A stretch of DNA of 62,839 nt, the filler included, from Gemmatimonadota bacterium (GTDB lineage Bacteria; 4572-55; J002): assembly GCA_003697105.1 (NCBI GenBank). It is 6 parts of 5 records of this genome, joined end to end, with 100 filler letters (N's around TTAATTAATTAA, not from the genome) between each part and the next. Parts side by side here need not be neighbours in the genome. Positions count along the whole stretch, not along the records: positions 23,412 to 55,261 come from RFFQ01000099.1; 5 more parts are not named here. One strand, given 5' to 3'. Below the pieces are notes generated by a model. The model saw nothing but the letters and a program-made list of their open reading frames with translations, was not told where the DNA came from and did no database searches. Positions 39,728-53,100 of this stretch are shown here, one piece after another. How positions within the stretch are numbered: the stretch's first letter is position 1; each line of letters starts with the position of its first letter. The position numbers and the translations under genes are program-made.

Positions 39728-41413
39728 ATGTCAGCTACAACTAATGTTGCAATTCGGGCTGAAGAAGTTAGTAGTATTATTCAGCGGGAATTAGAAGAAT
39801 ATCGATCCGAGATCGAGTCCGTAGATGTAGGCACCGTCCTCCAAGTAGGTGACGGGGTGGCGCGAGTCTATGGCTTAAAAAATGTGATGGCAAGTGAGTT
39901 ATTGGAGTTCCCGGGCGGTGTCATGGGGTTAGCACTGAACTTGGAAGAAGATAACGTCGGTTGCGTGTTGCTGGGTCCCGATACGGAAATTAAAGAAGGT
40001 GATATTGTCAAGTGTACCGGTCGCATCATGGAGGTTCCGGTCGGTAAGGAGCTTTGTGGTCGGGTGGTTAATGCGCTGGGGCAACCGTTGGATGGTAAAG
40101 GTCCGATTGCTTCGAATAAATCCTATCGCGTGGAAACCATTGCCCCGGGTGTGGTGGATCGAATGCCGGTGAAGGAACCCCTGCAAACCGGACTGAAAGC
40201 GATTGATAGTATGATCCCGATTGGACGGGGGCAGCGGGAATTAATCATCGGCGACCGCCAGACCGGTAAAACCGCGATTGTCGTTGATACCATTATCAAC
40301 CAGAAAGATACCGATGTGTTCTGTATCTATGTGGCGATTGGGCAAAAACAATCCACGGTGGTTCAAGTGGTTGAAACGCTGCAAAAACATGGAGCGATGG
40401 ATTACACGATTGTGGTGATGGCAAATGCTTCTGATCCAGCGCCGTTGCAGTTTATTGCCCCCTTTGCCGGTAGTTCCATGGGTGAGTATTTCCGGGATAC
40501 CGGACGTCATGCGGTGGTGTTCTATGATGACCTTTCCAAACACGCCCAAGCCTACCGCCAAATGTCGCTTTTGCTACGGCGCCCGCCGGGACGTGAAGCT
40601 TACCCCGGGGACGTGTTCTATCTGCACTCGCGCTTGTTGGAACGCGCCGCAAAATTGGAAGAAAAGTTTATCATTATCCCGAAAGGTAAACAAGATGACT
40701 CGCCCGAGACCGGTGTAAATGGAAAGCTCTACCGCAAACATATTGAAAGTAGCGCGGAAGAACTGGAAAAAGACCTTAAAGACCTCGGTGAAGATAAACA
40801 TGACGTTTACAAACTACCCAACAGCGGGGGTTCGTTGACGGCACTTCCGATTATTGAGACCCAGTTAGGTGACGTTTCGGCATATATCCCCACCAACGTG
40901 ATTTCAATTACGGATGGTCAAATCTATCTGCAAAGTGACCTCTTCTATTCCGGGGTTCGTCCGGCATTGGATGTGGGTATTTCCGTTTCCCGGGTCGGGG
41001 GTTCGGCACAGACCAAAGCGATGAAATCCGTCGCCGGTCGCCTGCGCTTGGAACTGGCGCAATTTCGTGAACTGCAAGCGTTTGCACAGTTTGCCTCTGA
41101 CTTGGATGAAGCGACACAGCGGCAATTAACACGAGGGACACGGTTGGTTGAAATCCTGAAACAACAGCAATACCAACCGCTTCCATTTGAAAAACAAGTG
41201 ATGATCATCTATGCCGGTACCAACGGCTTTCTGGATGATATTGATCTTGAACACATCGATGCCTTTGAGCGCGACTTTTATGAGTTTATGGATGAGAAAT
41301 ACCCTGATGTGGCGTTAAACATCAAAAAAACGCTCAAACTGGATGATGCGACCATCGATACCCTGAAAAAAGCCCTGAATGAATTCAAAAAAGATTTTGT
41401 TGAATCCCATTAA
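39728..41413 (+). CDS. atpA: ATP synthase F1 subunit alpha
   Basis: [35 protein letters not shown]. Confidence 0.99.
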   Translation: MSATTNVAIRAEEVSSIIQRELEEYRSEIESVDVGTVLQVGDGVARVYGLKNVMASELLEFPGGVMGLALNLEEDNVGCVLLGPDTEIKEGDIVKCTGRIMEVPVGKELCGRVVNALGQPLDGKGPIASNKSYRVETIAPGVVDRMPVKEPLQTGLKAIDSMIPIGRGQRELIIGDRQTGKTAIVVDTIINQKDTDVFCIYVAIGQKQSTVVQVVETLQKHGAMDYTIVVMANASDPAPLQFIAPFAGSSMGEYFRDTGRHAVVFYDDLSKHAQAYRQMSLLLRRPPGREAYPGDVFYLHSRLLERAAKLEEKFIIIPKGKQDDSPETGVNGKLYRKHIESSAEELEKDLKDLGEDKHDVYKLPNSGGSLTALPIIETQLGDVSAYIPTNVISITDGQIYLQSDLFYSGVRPALDVGISVSRVGGSAQTKAMKSVAGRLRLELAQFRELQAFAQFASDLDEATQRQLTRGTRLVEILKQQQYQPLPFEKQVMIIYAGTNGFLDDIDLEHIDAFERDFYEFMDEKYPDVALNIKKTLKLDDATIDTLKKALNEFKKDFVESH

Positions 41414-41432
41414 ATGGAAAAGAGATTAGAGG

Positions 41433-42302
41433 ATGGCTGCAGGAGTACGCGAACTCAAACGTCGGATTAAGGTCGTTAAAAATACGCAGAAAATTACCCG
41501 CGCAATGGAAATGGTCGCGGCGGCAAAATTGAAAGTGGCTCAAACCAAGATTGAAGCCGCCGCCCCATATACGGATAAAATGCAAGGGATTTTAAATAAT
41601 CTGCTGGCATCATCCGGCACATTGGAACATGCCCTAACGGAAGTGCGTCCGACCGTAAACCGGATTTTATTGGTGTTACTCACCTCAGACCGGGGGTTGT
41701 GCGGCAGTTTTAACGCCAATATCAATCGTTTGGCTCAGAATTTCATCAAAGAACAAGGACAAGACCGGGTTGATATATTTGCGATTGGGCGGCGCGGACG
41801 AGACTTCTTCACGAAACGCGGTTATAATGTCGTGGATTCCGAAACCGGCTTAAACCCCAAATTGACGTTCATGGATGCCCGGCAGATTTCAGATCGTATC
41901 AAAACGGCGTTTATCCATGGCGGCTATGATGAAGTGCATATCTGCTATGCGGAATTTAAGAATGTCGCCGCGCAAATCCCAACACACTTCCGATTTTTAC
42001 CCTTGCAACCGGAAGCCACGGAAGAGATTCAACTAAACAACGATTACATTTTTGAGCCAGAGGCGGCGACGCTCTTCAATAGTTTGATCCCTCGCTATGT
42101 GGATACACAAGTGTATCGCTTGTTGATTGAATCCTTAACCAGTGAATTTGCCGCGCGGATGCGGGCGATGAAAACAGCAACCGACAATGCCAAAGATGTG
42201 ATCCGGACGTTGACGATCAAATACAACAAGACCCGTCAGGCGGCAATTACGGCGGAATTGATGGACATTGTTGGTGGAGCAAATGCTTTAGAAAATCAAT
42301 AG
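41433..42302 (+). CDS. atpG: ATP synthase F1 subunit gamma
   Basis: KITRAMEMVAAAK, SDRGLCG, RQAAITAEL. Confidence 0.98.
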   Translation: MAAGVRELKRRIKVVKNTQKITRAMEMVAAAKLKVAQTKIEAAAPYTDKMQGILNNLLASSGTLEHALTEVRPTVNRILLVLLTSDRGLCGSFNANINRLAQNFIKEQGQDRVDIFAIGRRGRDFFTKRGYNVVDSETGLNPKLTFMDARQISDRIKTAFIHGGYDEVHICYAEFKNVAAQIPTHFRFLPLQPEATEEIQLNNDYIFEPEAATLFNSLIPRYVDTQVYRLLIESLTSEFAARMRAMKTATDNAKDVIRTLTIKYNKTRQAAITAELMDIVGGANALENQ

Positions 42303-42320
42303 TATTATCAAAACTAATAA

Positions 42321-43739
<1,419 letters not shown>

Positions 43740-43747
43740 GGTGAACT

Positions 43748-44116
43748 ATGGCTCAGGAAAAATCATTTGTAATTGATATTGTCACGCCAGATAAAATGGC
43801 ACTCAGTTTGAAAGCGATTTCGCTTTCCGCACCCGGCGTTGAAGGATATTTTGGGGTGTTAGCAAACCATGCCCCGATGATGACCGAATTGAAACCCGGT
43901 AAACTTAAAATCGTTGAAGTGGATGATATGCGGGCAATTGTGGTCATTGGCGGCGGGTTTTTGGAAGTCGAAAACAACAAGGTGGTTATTCTCGCCGACA
44001 GTGTTGATTATGTAGAAGAGAAAAAAGTACGTGACTTTGACGGATTGAACATGGCTCAAGCCGATATCGCGCTGGCGGATGCAGAACAACGGTTGAAAGC
44101 CCTGCAAGCAAACTAG
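43748..44116 (+). CDS. atpC: ATP synthase F1 subunit epsilon
   Basis: [19 protein letters not shown]. Confidence 0.96.
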   Translation: MAQEKSFVIDIVTPDKMALSLKAISLSAPGVEGYFGVLANHAPMMTELKPGKLKIVEVDDMRAIVVIGGGFLEVENNKVVILADSVDYVEEKKVRDFDGLNMAQADIALADAEQRLKALQAN

Positions 44117-44138
44117 CCACAAATCAATCAGAATTGAG

Positions 44139-44173
44139 AGAAGCCCTTGATGCCCATCGTCAAGGGCTTTCTT
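44139..44173 (+). terminator. Probable atp operon terminator
   Basis: AAGCCCTTGA / TCAAGGGCTT stem followed by TCTT. Confidence 0.7.
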
Positions 44174-44196
44174 ACGTATGTAAGGAGACTTTTATC

Positions 44197-45270
44197 ATGA
44201 TAGATGCCTTAGAAAAGGCACTAAATCGCTACCAAGAATTGGAAACCCTGCTGGCAGACCCCAACGTGATTTCCGATATTGAACGGATGAGAACGATTGC
44301 CAAAGAACACAGCGACCTAGCCGACCTCGTCCAATTGTACCGGGAATATAAAGACGTGCTTCAAGAACTCGAAGGTGCAAAAGAACTTCTCAGCACGGAT
44401 GACCCCGAGATGCGAGAACTCGCTGAAATGGAAGTCGCCGAACTCTCTGAACGCGAAGAGCAAATGCGGAATGAACTGCGGAAATTATTGCTCCCCCAAG
44501 ACCCCAATGATAGCAAAAATACCATTGTGGAAATTCGCGCGGGTACGGGTGGTGAGGAAGCGGCGTTGTTTGCGGCGGAACTCTTTCGGATGTATTCTAA
44601 ATATGCAGAAAATAAAGGGTGGAAAATCGATGTTATGAGTTCCAATGAAACCGGCGTTGGTGGGCTTAAAGAAATTATATTTTTAGTGGAAGGAAAAGAT
44701 GTGTACCGCCGTTTGAAACATGAAAGTGGCGGGCATCGGGTTCAACGTGTGCCCGTTACCGAAACCAGCGGCCGGATTCATACCTCTGCGGCAACGGTAG
44801 CCGTTCTACCCGAAGCAGATGAGGTCGATGTCGAAATTAACATGAATGACCTGCAAATTGATGTTTATCGTGCGAGTGGCGCGGGTGGACAGCATGTCAA
44901 CACCACCGATTCTGCCGTTCGGATGACCCATATCCCCACCGGACTCGTGGTGACATGCCAAGATGAACGTTCCCAACACAAAAATCGAGCGAAAGCCCTG
45001 AAAGTACTCCGGGCGCGGTTGTACGAAAAGGCGCAGGCAGAAGCGGCGGCAGAACAGGCACAGGCACGTAAAAGTCAAGTGGGTAGCGGTGACCGTAGCG
45101 ATAAAATCCGAACGTATAACTATCCTCAAAACCGGGTTACCGACCACCGGATCGGCTTAACACTATATCGCCTCAATGAAATTTTAGAAGGTGACTTAGA
45201 TACCCTGATCGATGCCTTGATTGAAGATGAACAAGTTAAACGATTGGAAGCTCAAGCCCTGTCAACCTAA
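44197..45270 (+). CDS. prfA: Peptide chain release factor 1
   Basis: PVT anticodon mimic (QRVPVTE), [22 protein letters not shown]. Confidence 0.98.
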   Translation: MIDALEKALNRYQELETLLADPNVISDIERMRTIAKEHSDLADLVQLYREYKDVLQELEGAKELLSTDDPEMRELAEMEVAELSEREEQMRNELRKLLLPQDPNDSKNTIVEIRAGTGGEEAALFAAELFRMYSKYAENKGWKIDVMSSNETGVGGLKEIIFLVEGKDVYRRLKHESGGHRVQRVPVTETSGRIHTSAATVAVLPEADEVDVEINMNDLQIDVYRASGAGGQHVNTTDSAVRMTHIPTGLVVTCQDERSQHKNRAKALKVLRARLYEKAQAEAAAEQAQARKSQVGSGDRSDKIRTYNYPQNRVTDHRIGLTLYRLNEILEGDLDTLIDALIEDEQVKRLEAQALST

Positions 45271-45924
45271 TGGTGAGGGGCGATGTTCGTGAGTTAAGTG
45301 ATACGTCAATCCTTCGAGTTCAATTGCCAGATTCACGTTGCGTAACTGAACATTGGAGGGCACAATCAGCGTCCGGGGAGCAAAATTCAAGATCGATTGA
45401 ATACCGCTGGCAACCACGATGTCGGCAACGGCTTGTGCCTCTGACAATGGAACGGCAATAATTGCAATTGTTACGGAAAGCGCTTGAACCGTATCACTAA
45501 ACTCATCCATATGCTGTATTTTGAGTTGGTTCCACATCTGACCCACTTTTGCGGGATGCTTATCAAATACTGCCACGATTTCAAATCCCTGACGCTTAAA
45601 ATTTTTGTACGAACAAAGCGCAGAACCTAAATTGCCCGCACCGATCAACGCAATTTTCCACTGCTGATGTAACCCCAGTATCCGAGCTAATTTCTCCTTC
45701 AATTCGGGTACGGTATATCCGAGTCCTCGCCGCCCAAAATTTCCGAATAGAGATAAATCTTTTCGGACTTGTGCTGATGTCACCCGACTTAACTCCCCTA
45801 ATGTTTCTGAGGAGACTACGGTCACGCCATTTTGATTCAGTTCATCCAAGATGTGGTAATAAATGGAAAGTCGCCGTACGGTAAAATCTGAAATGGTTGA
45901 GGGTGTTGTCAGTTTAATGGTCAT
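45262..45924 (-). CDS. rex: Redox-sensing transcriptional repressor Rex
   Basis: [20 protein letters not shown]...GLGY, GAGNLG, ILNFAP. Confidence 0.97.
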   Translation of the reverse strand: MTIKLTTPSTISDFTVRRLSIYYHILDELNQNGVTVVSSETLGELSRVTSAQVRKDLSLFGNFGRRGLGYTVPELKEKLARILGLHQQWKIALIGAGNLGSALCSYKNFKRQGFEIVAVFDKHPAKVGQMWNQLKIQHMDEFSDTVQALSVTIAIIAVPLSEAQAVADIVVASGIQSILNFAPRTLIVPSNVQLRNVNLAIELEGLTYHLTHEHRPSPLG

Positions 45925-45938
45925 GGTGTCGCCTGTGA

Positions 45939-46349
45939 TTAGAGATCGAAAATAATTTGAGCCGTCCAGTAAGCCCCATTATACCCAACATGTAAATTAT
46001 GGTAGGTCACCGCTTTAATTTCGGTGTTTAGAATATGTTTTTGGGGGTCTAGTGGTTCACCCCAAATGGTCGCAGTTAGTGCCGTCTGACAGATCGTATT
46101 GATCGTAAATGAACAAAACAGCATTTGCTCGGTCTCGTGTAAAAAAAGGAGTTCCTCCAACCAATAGACCATCAGCCGTACCGGTGTAGAAGCGCTGACC
46201 TGAATTTTTTTCGACTGGCGGGGTTCTACCGTATCCAGATCAGCAATGATGCGAAACATGCCTTCTGCCGCTTCGGTAAATAAGGCGGAAAGCGTGTTTG
46301 CTTGTACCGCCAGTCCTACGTCCGCCGTGTGATCAAAATATGAAATCAT
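45939..46349 (-). CDS. Archease
   Basis: DHTADVG, WLEELLF, EIKAVTYH, C-terminal FDL. Confidence 0.95.
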   Translation of the reverse strand: MISYFDHTADVGLAVQANTLSALFTEAAEGMFRIIADLDTVEPRQSKKIQVSASTPVRLMVYWLEELLFLHETEQMLFCSFTINTICQTALTATIWGEPLDPQKHILNTEIKAVTYHNLHVGYNGAYWTAQIIFDL

Positions 46350-46453
46350 GATGAGATCGGTCTTGACAGGTAAAAGAGAATCGATTAACTTAATTCCCTA
46401 TACTTTTATGCTTAAAATTTTTAGATAATATAACCTCGACCTGTGCCCTATCC

Positions 46454-47542
46454 ATGAGATACTTCTTGCTATTTTTACGGTTTTTTGTCACGCTGGTGAT
46501 TGTCTTTTTTCATCTTCAGATGCCTGTGTTGGCGGCTGAAAATAGCGTGACAGTGATGTATACCGGAGATGTCATGCTGGGAGGGCGATTGATCTCCATT
46601 ATGGATGAGAAAGGCTTTGCCTACCCCTTTCAGGAAACCCAAGCCCTATTGGATAGTGCTGATCTGGTCATCTGTAATCTGGAAGCTCCATTCAGCGCAA
46701 ACGGCACACCGTTCCCCAAAGATTATCACTTCCGTGTTCCCCCTCAATACGCCCAAGCCTTAAAAATTGCTGGTTTTGATGTTCTTGCCATTGCCAATGA
46801 TCATATTTTAGATTATGGTGAATCTTCGTTAAGAACTACTCAGGAGAGTCTTACCGCTTTAGGTCTGAAGACCCTCGGGGCAGGGGATAATGTTGTGGAT
46901 GCCCGAACACCATTGGTTGTGGAAATTCATGGTGTTAAAATTGGTTTACTGGCATATTCCAAGAGTTTTCCCACATCCTTTTACGCTACGGAAGATCGGT
47001 ATGGTACCGCTCCCGGATTTGAGCAATTTTTACGGGAAGACATTCCGGCATTGCGGGATAGTGTAGATTTTCTGCTCGTTTCATTCCATTGGGGCACCAG
47101 CCAACGAAAATACCCCAAGCGGTACCAGCGTCATTTAGCGCATTTGAGTATTGATTTAGGTGCGGATGCGGTAGTTGGGCATCATTCGTACCACCTTCAG
47201 CCCATTGAAGCGTATAATGGCGGAGTTATTGTATATAATATTGGGAAGTATGTTGCAGGTTCGCTGGTTCGGGCGTCTCGCATGGGGGCACTGATCCGCT
47301 TTCAGATCCGGCAAGAGGGCCGCCATACGCTGGAAGTTATCCCCATCCATCCCGGGGAGTATCAATATTATTTTCAACCCATTATTGCCACTGGGGATAA
47401 AGCCCTTGATATCTTGGAATATATTCAGCACCAATCGATCAATTTGCCGTTCCAAATGGATCGGGGACGGGCTATCTATCACTTCGGAAGCCGTCAAATT
47501 CGTGCCAATTCGCCGGCTTCCAAAGTGATGCGTTCCGATTAA
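46454..47542 (+). CDS. CapA/PGA_cap family metallophosphoesterase
   Basis: [31 protein letters not shown]. Confidence 0.9.
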   Translation: MRYFLLFLRFFVTLVIVFFHLQMPVLAAENSVTVMYTGDVMLGGRLISIMDEKGFAYPFQETQALLDSADLVICNLEAPFSANGTPFPKDYHFRVPPQYAQALKIAGFDVLAIANDHILDYGESSLRTTQESLTALGLKTLGAGDNVVDARTPLVVEIHGVKIGLLAYSKSFPTSFYATEDRYGTAPGFEQFLREDIPALRDSVDFLLVSFHWGTSQRKYPKRYQRHLAHLSIDLGADAVVGHHSYHLQPIEAYNGGVIVYNIGKYVAGSLVRASRMGALIRFQIRQEGRHTLEVIPIHPGEYQYYFQPIIATGDKALDILEYIQHQSINLPFQMDRGRAIYHFGSRQIRANSPASKVMRSD

Positions 47543-50034
47543 ACTTTTTCAATAATAGCTTGCGCCGCCGTTACGTCCTCATTGTTGTTTTCAACGCCAT
47601 TTTCGTCATCCTTTGTCGCCACTCGTGCGACATCCACCAAAAAGTCATCCGCATCGAGTGAGATCAAGCGGACGCCCTGTGTATTCCGCCCAATAATACT
47701 GATACTGTTGATCGGCACCCGGATGATGACCCCATTTTTGGTCATCAGCATGAGTTCATCTTCATCCATGACTTCCCGCAATGCAATCACGTGTCCATTC
47801 CGTTTGTTGGTTTTGATGGTGATAACACCTTTACCGCCCCGGTGTCGCACCGGATATTCTGAAATTTCGGTACGTTTACCATAGCCATTTTCGGTCACGA
47901 CTAAAAGAGTGCTACCGCGTTTGACCACGATCCCATCTACTACCTCGTCCCCATCACGGAGGTCGATCCCTTTTACTCCACGGGTACCGCGCCCGGTGGG
48001 ACGGACATCTTTTTCGGAGAAGCGGATAGCGAATCCTTTCCGGGTCCCGATAATAAGGTCTTGGCTTCCATCGGTGATAGAGACGGAAACCAAATCATCG
48101 TCTTCATCCAGATTGATCGCGTTAATGCCGGTGACTCGAGGGTTGCTAAACGCACTGAGAACGGTCTTATTCACCAGTCCCTTGCGGGTGAACATGGTCA
48201 CAAACAGGTCTTCCTTAAATTCCCGGATGGGCAACACGGCTTTAATCGTTTCGCCACTGCTAAAGTTAATCATATTAACAATTGCACGTCCTTTGCTGGC
48301 ACGACCACCTTGGGGGATGTCGAGTACTTTCAGCCAGTAGCAACGTCCTGTGCTGGAAAACACCACCAGCCAACTATGGGTGGATGCGACAAAGACACTC
48401 TCAACCCAATCATCATCTTTGGTGGTCATACCGGTCACGCCGCGCCCACCGCGTCCTTGTCGCCGGTAATTATGCACGGGTAACCGCTTGATATAGCCTT
48501 GATGGGTGATGGAGATCACGTTGTCTTCTTCGGCAATGAGGTCTTCAATGGTCAGTTCCGTGGTATCCGCGACGATTTCGGTGCGGCGTTCATCACCAAA
48601 TTGCTTCCGGATATTTTCCAATTCCTCCTTGACGATGGTGTACACTTTGTCCCGGCTTGCCAGAATCGATTTGAGATATTCAATTTTTTTCAGGATTTCG
48701 ATGTATTCATCTTCAATTTTTTGCCGCTCCAGACCGGTCAGCCGTTGCAACCGCATATCCAGAATGGCTTGTGCTTGAACATCCGTCAAGCCAAATTGTT
48801 CTATTAAACCCTCTTTGGCAACTTTGGGGTCTTTGGCGCCGCGAATCAACTTGATGATCGCATCCAAATTATCAAGTGCAATTTTTAATCCCTCTAAAAT
48901 GTGTGCTCGCGCTTCCGCTTTGGCGAGTTCATATTTTGTACGGCGAATAATGACCTCTTCCCGGTGGTGCAGGAAGTGAACCAGCATCTCTTTCAGGGTT
49001 AAAATTCGGGGAACGTTATCCACCAGCGCCAGCATTAACGCACTGAAATTTTGTTGCAGTTGGGTATGTTTGTATAATTGGTTCAGCAAGATGCGGGGTT
49101 CTGTACCCCGTTTCACATCGATCACAATTCGCATTCCATCCCGATCCGACTCATCCCGGATATCCGAGATACCTTCTAATTTGCGATCCCGTACTAAATC
49201 AGCGGTTTTCTCAATCAGACGTGCTTTATTGACGGTGTAAGGCAACTCCGAAATCACAATGGACGTTTTGTTGTTGCTGTGACTTTCAATATTTGCCCGT
49301 CCGCGCACTTTAATCGAGCCACGTCCGGTCGTGTAGGCATCAATAATACCGCGTTTGCCAAAGATGATCCCCCCGGTAGGGAAGTCTGGACCCTTCACAT
49401 AAGTTAGCAAATCTTCATTGGTCAACTCTGGGTTTTCGATCAATGCTACCAGCGCATCGACCAGTTCCCCCAAATTGTGAGGCGGGATGTTGGTGGCCAT
49501 GGCGACCGCAATTCCAGATGAGCCGTTCATCAATAGATTGGGAATGGCGGCGGGTAATACCTCCGGCATTTGAAGACTATCATCAAAGTTTGGCACCATA
49601 TTGACCGTCTCTTTGTCCAAATCTCGCATCAATTCGTCGGTAATGCGTGCCATCCGGCATTCGGTGTACCGCATTGCCGCCGGTGGGTCGCCGTCAATGG
49701 AACCAAAGTTTCCTTGCCCATCCACCAGCGTGTACCGCATGGAAAAGTCCTGTGCCATTCGTACAAGGGTATCGTAAATAGCGGCGTCCCCGTGCGGGTG
49801 ATACTTACCCATCGTTTCCCCCACCACGCGGGCACTTTTTTTATAGGGTTTGTTGTAACCTAAGTTCAGTTCGGTCATGGCGTATAATACCCGCCGGTGT
49901 ACCGGTTTTAAGCCGTCCCGGACATCGGGTAGTGCCCGACCAATAATCACGCTCATGGAATAATCCAAATATGCGTTTTTCATCTCCTCTTCAATGTTGA
50001 CCGGTATGATCTTTTGACGAACTTCAAACGCCAT
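47539..50034 (-). CDS. gyrA: DNA gyrase subunit A
   Basis: [28 protein letters not shown], GyrA-box QGRGGRG, CTD blades; AGGAG RBS. Confidence 0.98.
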   Translation of the reverse strand: MAFEVRQKIIPVNIEEEMKNAYLDYSMSVIIGRALPDVRDGLKPVHRRVLYAMTELNLGYNKPYKKSARVVGETMGKYHPHGDAAIYDTLVRMAQDFSMRYTLVDGQGNFGSIDGDPPAAMRYTECRMARITDELMRDLDKETVNMVPNFDDSLQMPEVLPAAIPNLLMNGSSGIAVAMATNIPPHNLGELVDALVALIENPELTNEDLLTYVKGPDFPTGGIIFGKRGIIDAYTTGRGSIKVRGRANIESHSNNKTSIVISELPYTVNKARLIEKTADLVRDRKLEGISDIRDESDRDGMRIVIDVKRGTEPRILLNQLYKHTQLQQNFSALMLALVDNVPRILTLKEMLVHFLHHREEVIIRRTKYELAKAEARAHILEGLKIALDNLDAIIKLIRGAKDPKVAKEGLIEQFGLTDVQAQAILDMRLQRLTGLERQKIEDEYIEILKKIEYLKSILASRDKVYTIVKEELENIRKQFGDERRTEIVADTTELTIEDLIAEEDNVISITHQGYIKRLPVHNYRRQGRGGRGVTGMTTKDDDWVESVFVASTHSWLVVFSSTGRCYWLKVLDIPQGGRASKGRAIVNMINFSSGETIKAVLPIREFKEDLFVTMFTRKGLVNKTVLSAFSNPRVTGINAINLDEDDDLVSVSITDGSQDLIIGTRKGFAIRFSEKDVRPTGRGTRGVKGIDLRDGDEVVDGIVVKRGSTLLVVTENGYGKRTEISEYPVRHRGGKGVITIKTNKRNGHVIALREVMDEDELMLMTKNGVIIRVPINSISIIGRNTQGVRLISLDADDFLVDVARVATKDDENGVENNNEDVTAAQAIIEKV

Positions 50035-50074
50035 AACGAGTCTCCTGATCTGTATAAATTTACACAATGACATG

Positions 50075-50108
50075 AAAAAAATAGCGGATTGCCGGTTGAC
50101 AACCCGCT
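50075..50108 (-). terminator. Terminator-like hairpin upstream of gyrA
   Basis: Minus strand AGCGGGTTGTC / GGCAATCCGCT 11-bp stem (2 GU) followed by A-T7. Confidence 0.7.
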
Positions 50109-50126
50109 GATACTTAATTGAGCCTA

Positions 50127-50155
50127 AATATAGTATTTTCAGTGACTTTTGTCAA
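50127..50155 (-). promoter_or_regulatory. Putative sigma70 promoter for gyrA overlapping the stop of the upstream gene
   Basis: TTGACA-17 bp-TATATT on the minus strand. Confidence 0.7.
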
Positions 50156-53100
50156 GGGGAATGTCGGGTTTGGCTGGGTATGATAAGATGTTTAATTGCT
50201 GTAATTTACGGATGATCTGCCGGTACACAATTGGGTTGAGGCTATAACCATGTGCCGGTGGGGTGGGTTGGTAAATCAAATAATGATGGTGAAGTTCTGC
50301 CAGTAATGCGGTCGCTTCTGTCCGATCAATGGCAAAGATTTCGGCAAGTTCTTCGACTTGAAGGGTGCCGTGTTGGGCGATAGCGCCCAGCGTCAATAAC
50401 GGCTCCCAGTCCAATTGTTCCAAAATGGGGACTTGGGGCATCACCGGTTCGACCGCGCGAAGTCGATTCTCATCGGTCTCATCATTGGTGATCGCGTGTA
50501 ACCAAACGTAGAGGGCGATAAAAATGTTTCCGTCTGCAATATCGGCTAACCGGTTAAAAAATTGTATCTTTTTCTGTTCTTCGCTTTCGGTGGGGGAGAC
50601 CGATTTTTCCCTGAATTTCCACCATGAGGGTGCGGGTGCGGTTTCGGGAGATGTGAACTCCAAGTGTTTACCACTGATGGTATGCCGAACTTCTATTGCC
50701 CGGCGGATATCCGTCGCCGAGAGGGTATCTACAAAAATGGGTTCGTTAAAAAAAGCGGCTAATGAGCTGGCATGTTGAAGGTAATCCCATGCATAGTGAT
50801 GGATACTGGTAATCCAAAGCACGTGTGATTGGGTCTCCTGCACAAGGTGCAAAAACGAATTTAAGACCGCGAATCCACCAATCTTCTTCAGATATAGCTT
50901 GTGCAGATGTTCGACGACAAACACCTGCTGTCCGCGCAATTTTAGCAGATGGGTGCGGATAGTTTCCAGTGTGGGGGCATCCGTGGGGGCTATCTCCAAT
51001 GCCTGTGCCAGATGTGCCGCTAGCTCCCGTTCGGAGCGAACCGTCTCTGTAAAAATGACCTGCCGGTGTGTCCAACCGGTAAAATGCGTTTTTAAGGCGA
51101 TATTGATCAAACTGGTTTTGCCACTTCCTTTTTCCCCTACAATGGCGATGTTGACGGGTGCGCCGTTGAGCCAATGCTGTTGGAGTAATTGAATCGTTGC
51201 TAACTCAGATTCCCGCCCTATCAGAAAATCCTCTATTTCCAGCGGCTTAAAGCTGAACAGGCGTTGGTAAATAAAGGATAGGTGTTGGGTCTGCGCCACA
51301 TTTAAGTGGTGTGGGTGGATGTGCTGAATTTCACGGAGCCGCTGTTCGATCCGCTGGTGCTGTAGCTCGGTGGCTGAGACCGGTGCCGGCGGGTGCCCGT
51401 ACCGGGTTTCCCACCAGTTTTCCAGACGTTCCCGCTGCCGGTTTAACGCACGGGTGGTGATCCACATCCATTGACGAAAGTTTTGATCCTCCGGTATCAA
51501 AACGGTACCTTGTTTGGAACCAAATTGGGTCAACTTCTCACCTAAACGCCGTACACTATATGCCGCTTTCTGGATGATGTTTTCCGCCAATTGATCGTTG
51601 AACGCATCCACTTCCTCGATCAATTCGTCCAAGCGGCTAATGACCGCTTTGATGCCCCCGATTGCCAATTTTTGGACATGCTGAATTGCTTCCCGTGCCG
51701 TAAGGGTGCCCTCGGGTTGCGGGTCTGAGGTGAACTGGGACGTTTCGCGGAGAAGATCGCCGAAATCGATTTCGGCATCATCCGGTAAAGCGGCAAATTC
51801 TTCTATGGCAGCGCCCAAATTAAATTCGATCACGCGCGTTGCTTCTACCACCATCTGGCTGATTTTCTCGGCTTCTTCCCGAATCTGGGCGCTAACATCC
51901 CCTAAACTTCGGGTAAATTCTATCTCCAAAAAGGAGCGCACCGTCTCCCGCAAGGGTACGTATTGCACGACGACCGTATCCGGTAAGGTGCGTTCATTGA
52001 GATCAAAGTAATGGGAATCCACTACCGGATAGGCGTCTGGGCTTTTACCGGATAGCTCGTGAAACCGGCGAAGCATAATGTCCACAAGCGATTCGAGCCG
52101 GGTGGTTGTTGGGATGTTGGCAATTTTTTGGACTGTCCGGTGTTGCAATAAATCCAGCAATTCGTCGCGTTCCGCTTGAACGGTATGCATCCAGTGGTGG
52201 CGATCAATGGTGTATGCTTTGACAATTGCTTCCATACTGGTTTGGCAGTGCTGTTTGGCATCCATCAGGAATTGCTTGAATTGGGAACTGGTGTTGCGCC
52301 GGATGTTGAAGTTGGTTTCATCGACGATGTTCCGAACTCGCCCTTCGATGAGTACGATTTCCATCCGCAGGCTAAACCGCCCGCAAAATCCTTGATGGAT
52401 ATTGCGCCAATTCCGAATATTTTCGGTGATTTCCGCCTTTTTACGCTCAGATTTAGCGTAAATTTGGGAGAAATTGAAACTTTTAGCCGGTCGTTCAACT
52501 GTGCCGACGATTTCGGTCTCGCGCAAAATTTGGTTATATGTTTCGACCAATACGCGGTGTAGCTCCTCGCTAATATCGGCTTCTAATCGATCCAATTCCG
52601 TCCGGGTGAATTCGTATGTTTCGCGCAGTTCTTTGCGTAGATTTTCCAAATAGGTTTTGAGGTCTTCGGCTACCAGAGTCTCGCCGGTAATGCCATCCAG
52701 ATACAGCAGGAGTGCTTGATTGCTGGCAATCATTTCCTCAAATATAATCTGGCTTTTTTGGAGCATAAAGAGCCGCTGGTAGCCGATCAAATTCATCAAA
52801 AAGAGGAATTTTTCTGGGAAGTCACGGCTCATCACGAATTTAATGACCGGCTGTAAAGGGACGATATGGGTAAATTGATAGTTCGCGTTGAACAGGCGGT
52901 ATAGCTCTCGCCGGATTCGTTTTAGTGCCTTTAGTACCCGGATTTTCGGCGAATCTCCCGGCTGCGGGGTAAAGCGTGCCTCATTTTGGTTTACCAGATA
53001 GGTTTTGCCCAGTTCCGAGAGGGTATCAATATCGTTTAGTAAATTTCGAGCAAATCGTTCGAGTGATTCCGTGTCCGTGTACTCCCGGCGGATGGTATCT

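Noticed and set aside
50050-50067. LexA- or Rex-like box upstream of gyrA (CTGTATAAATTTACACAA)
   Set aside because: Imperfect match to both consensus sequences, and the lineage-specific LexA motif is unknown
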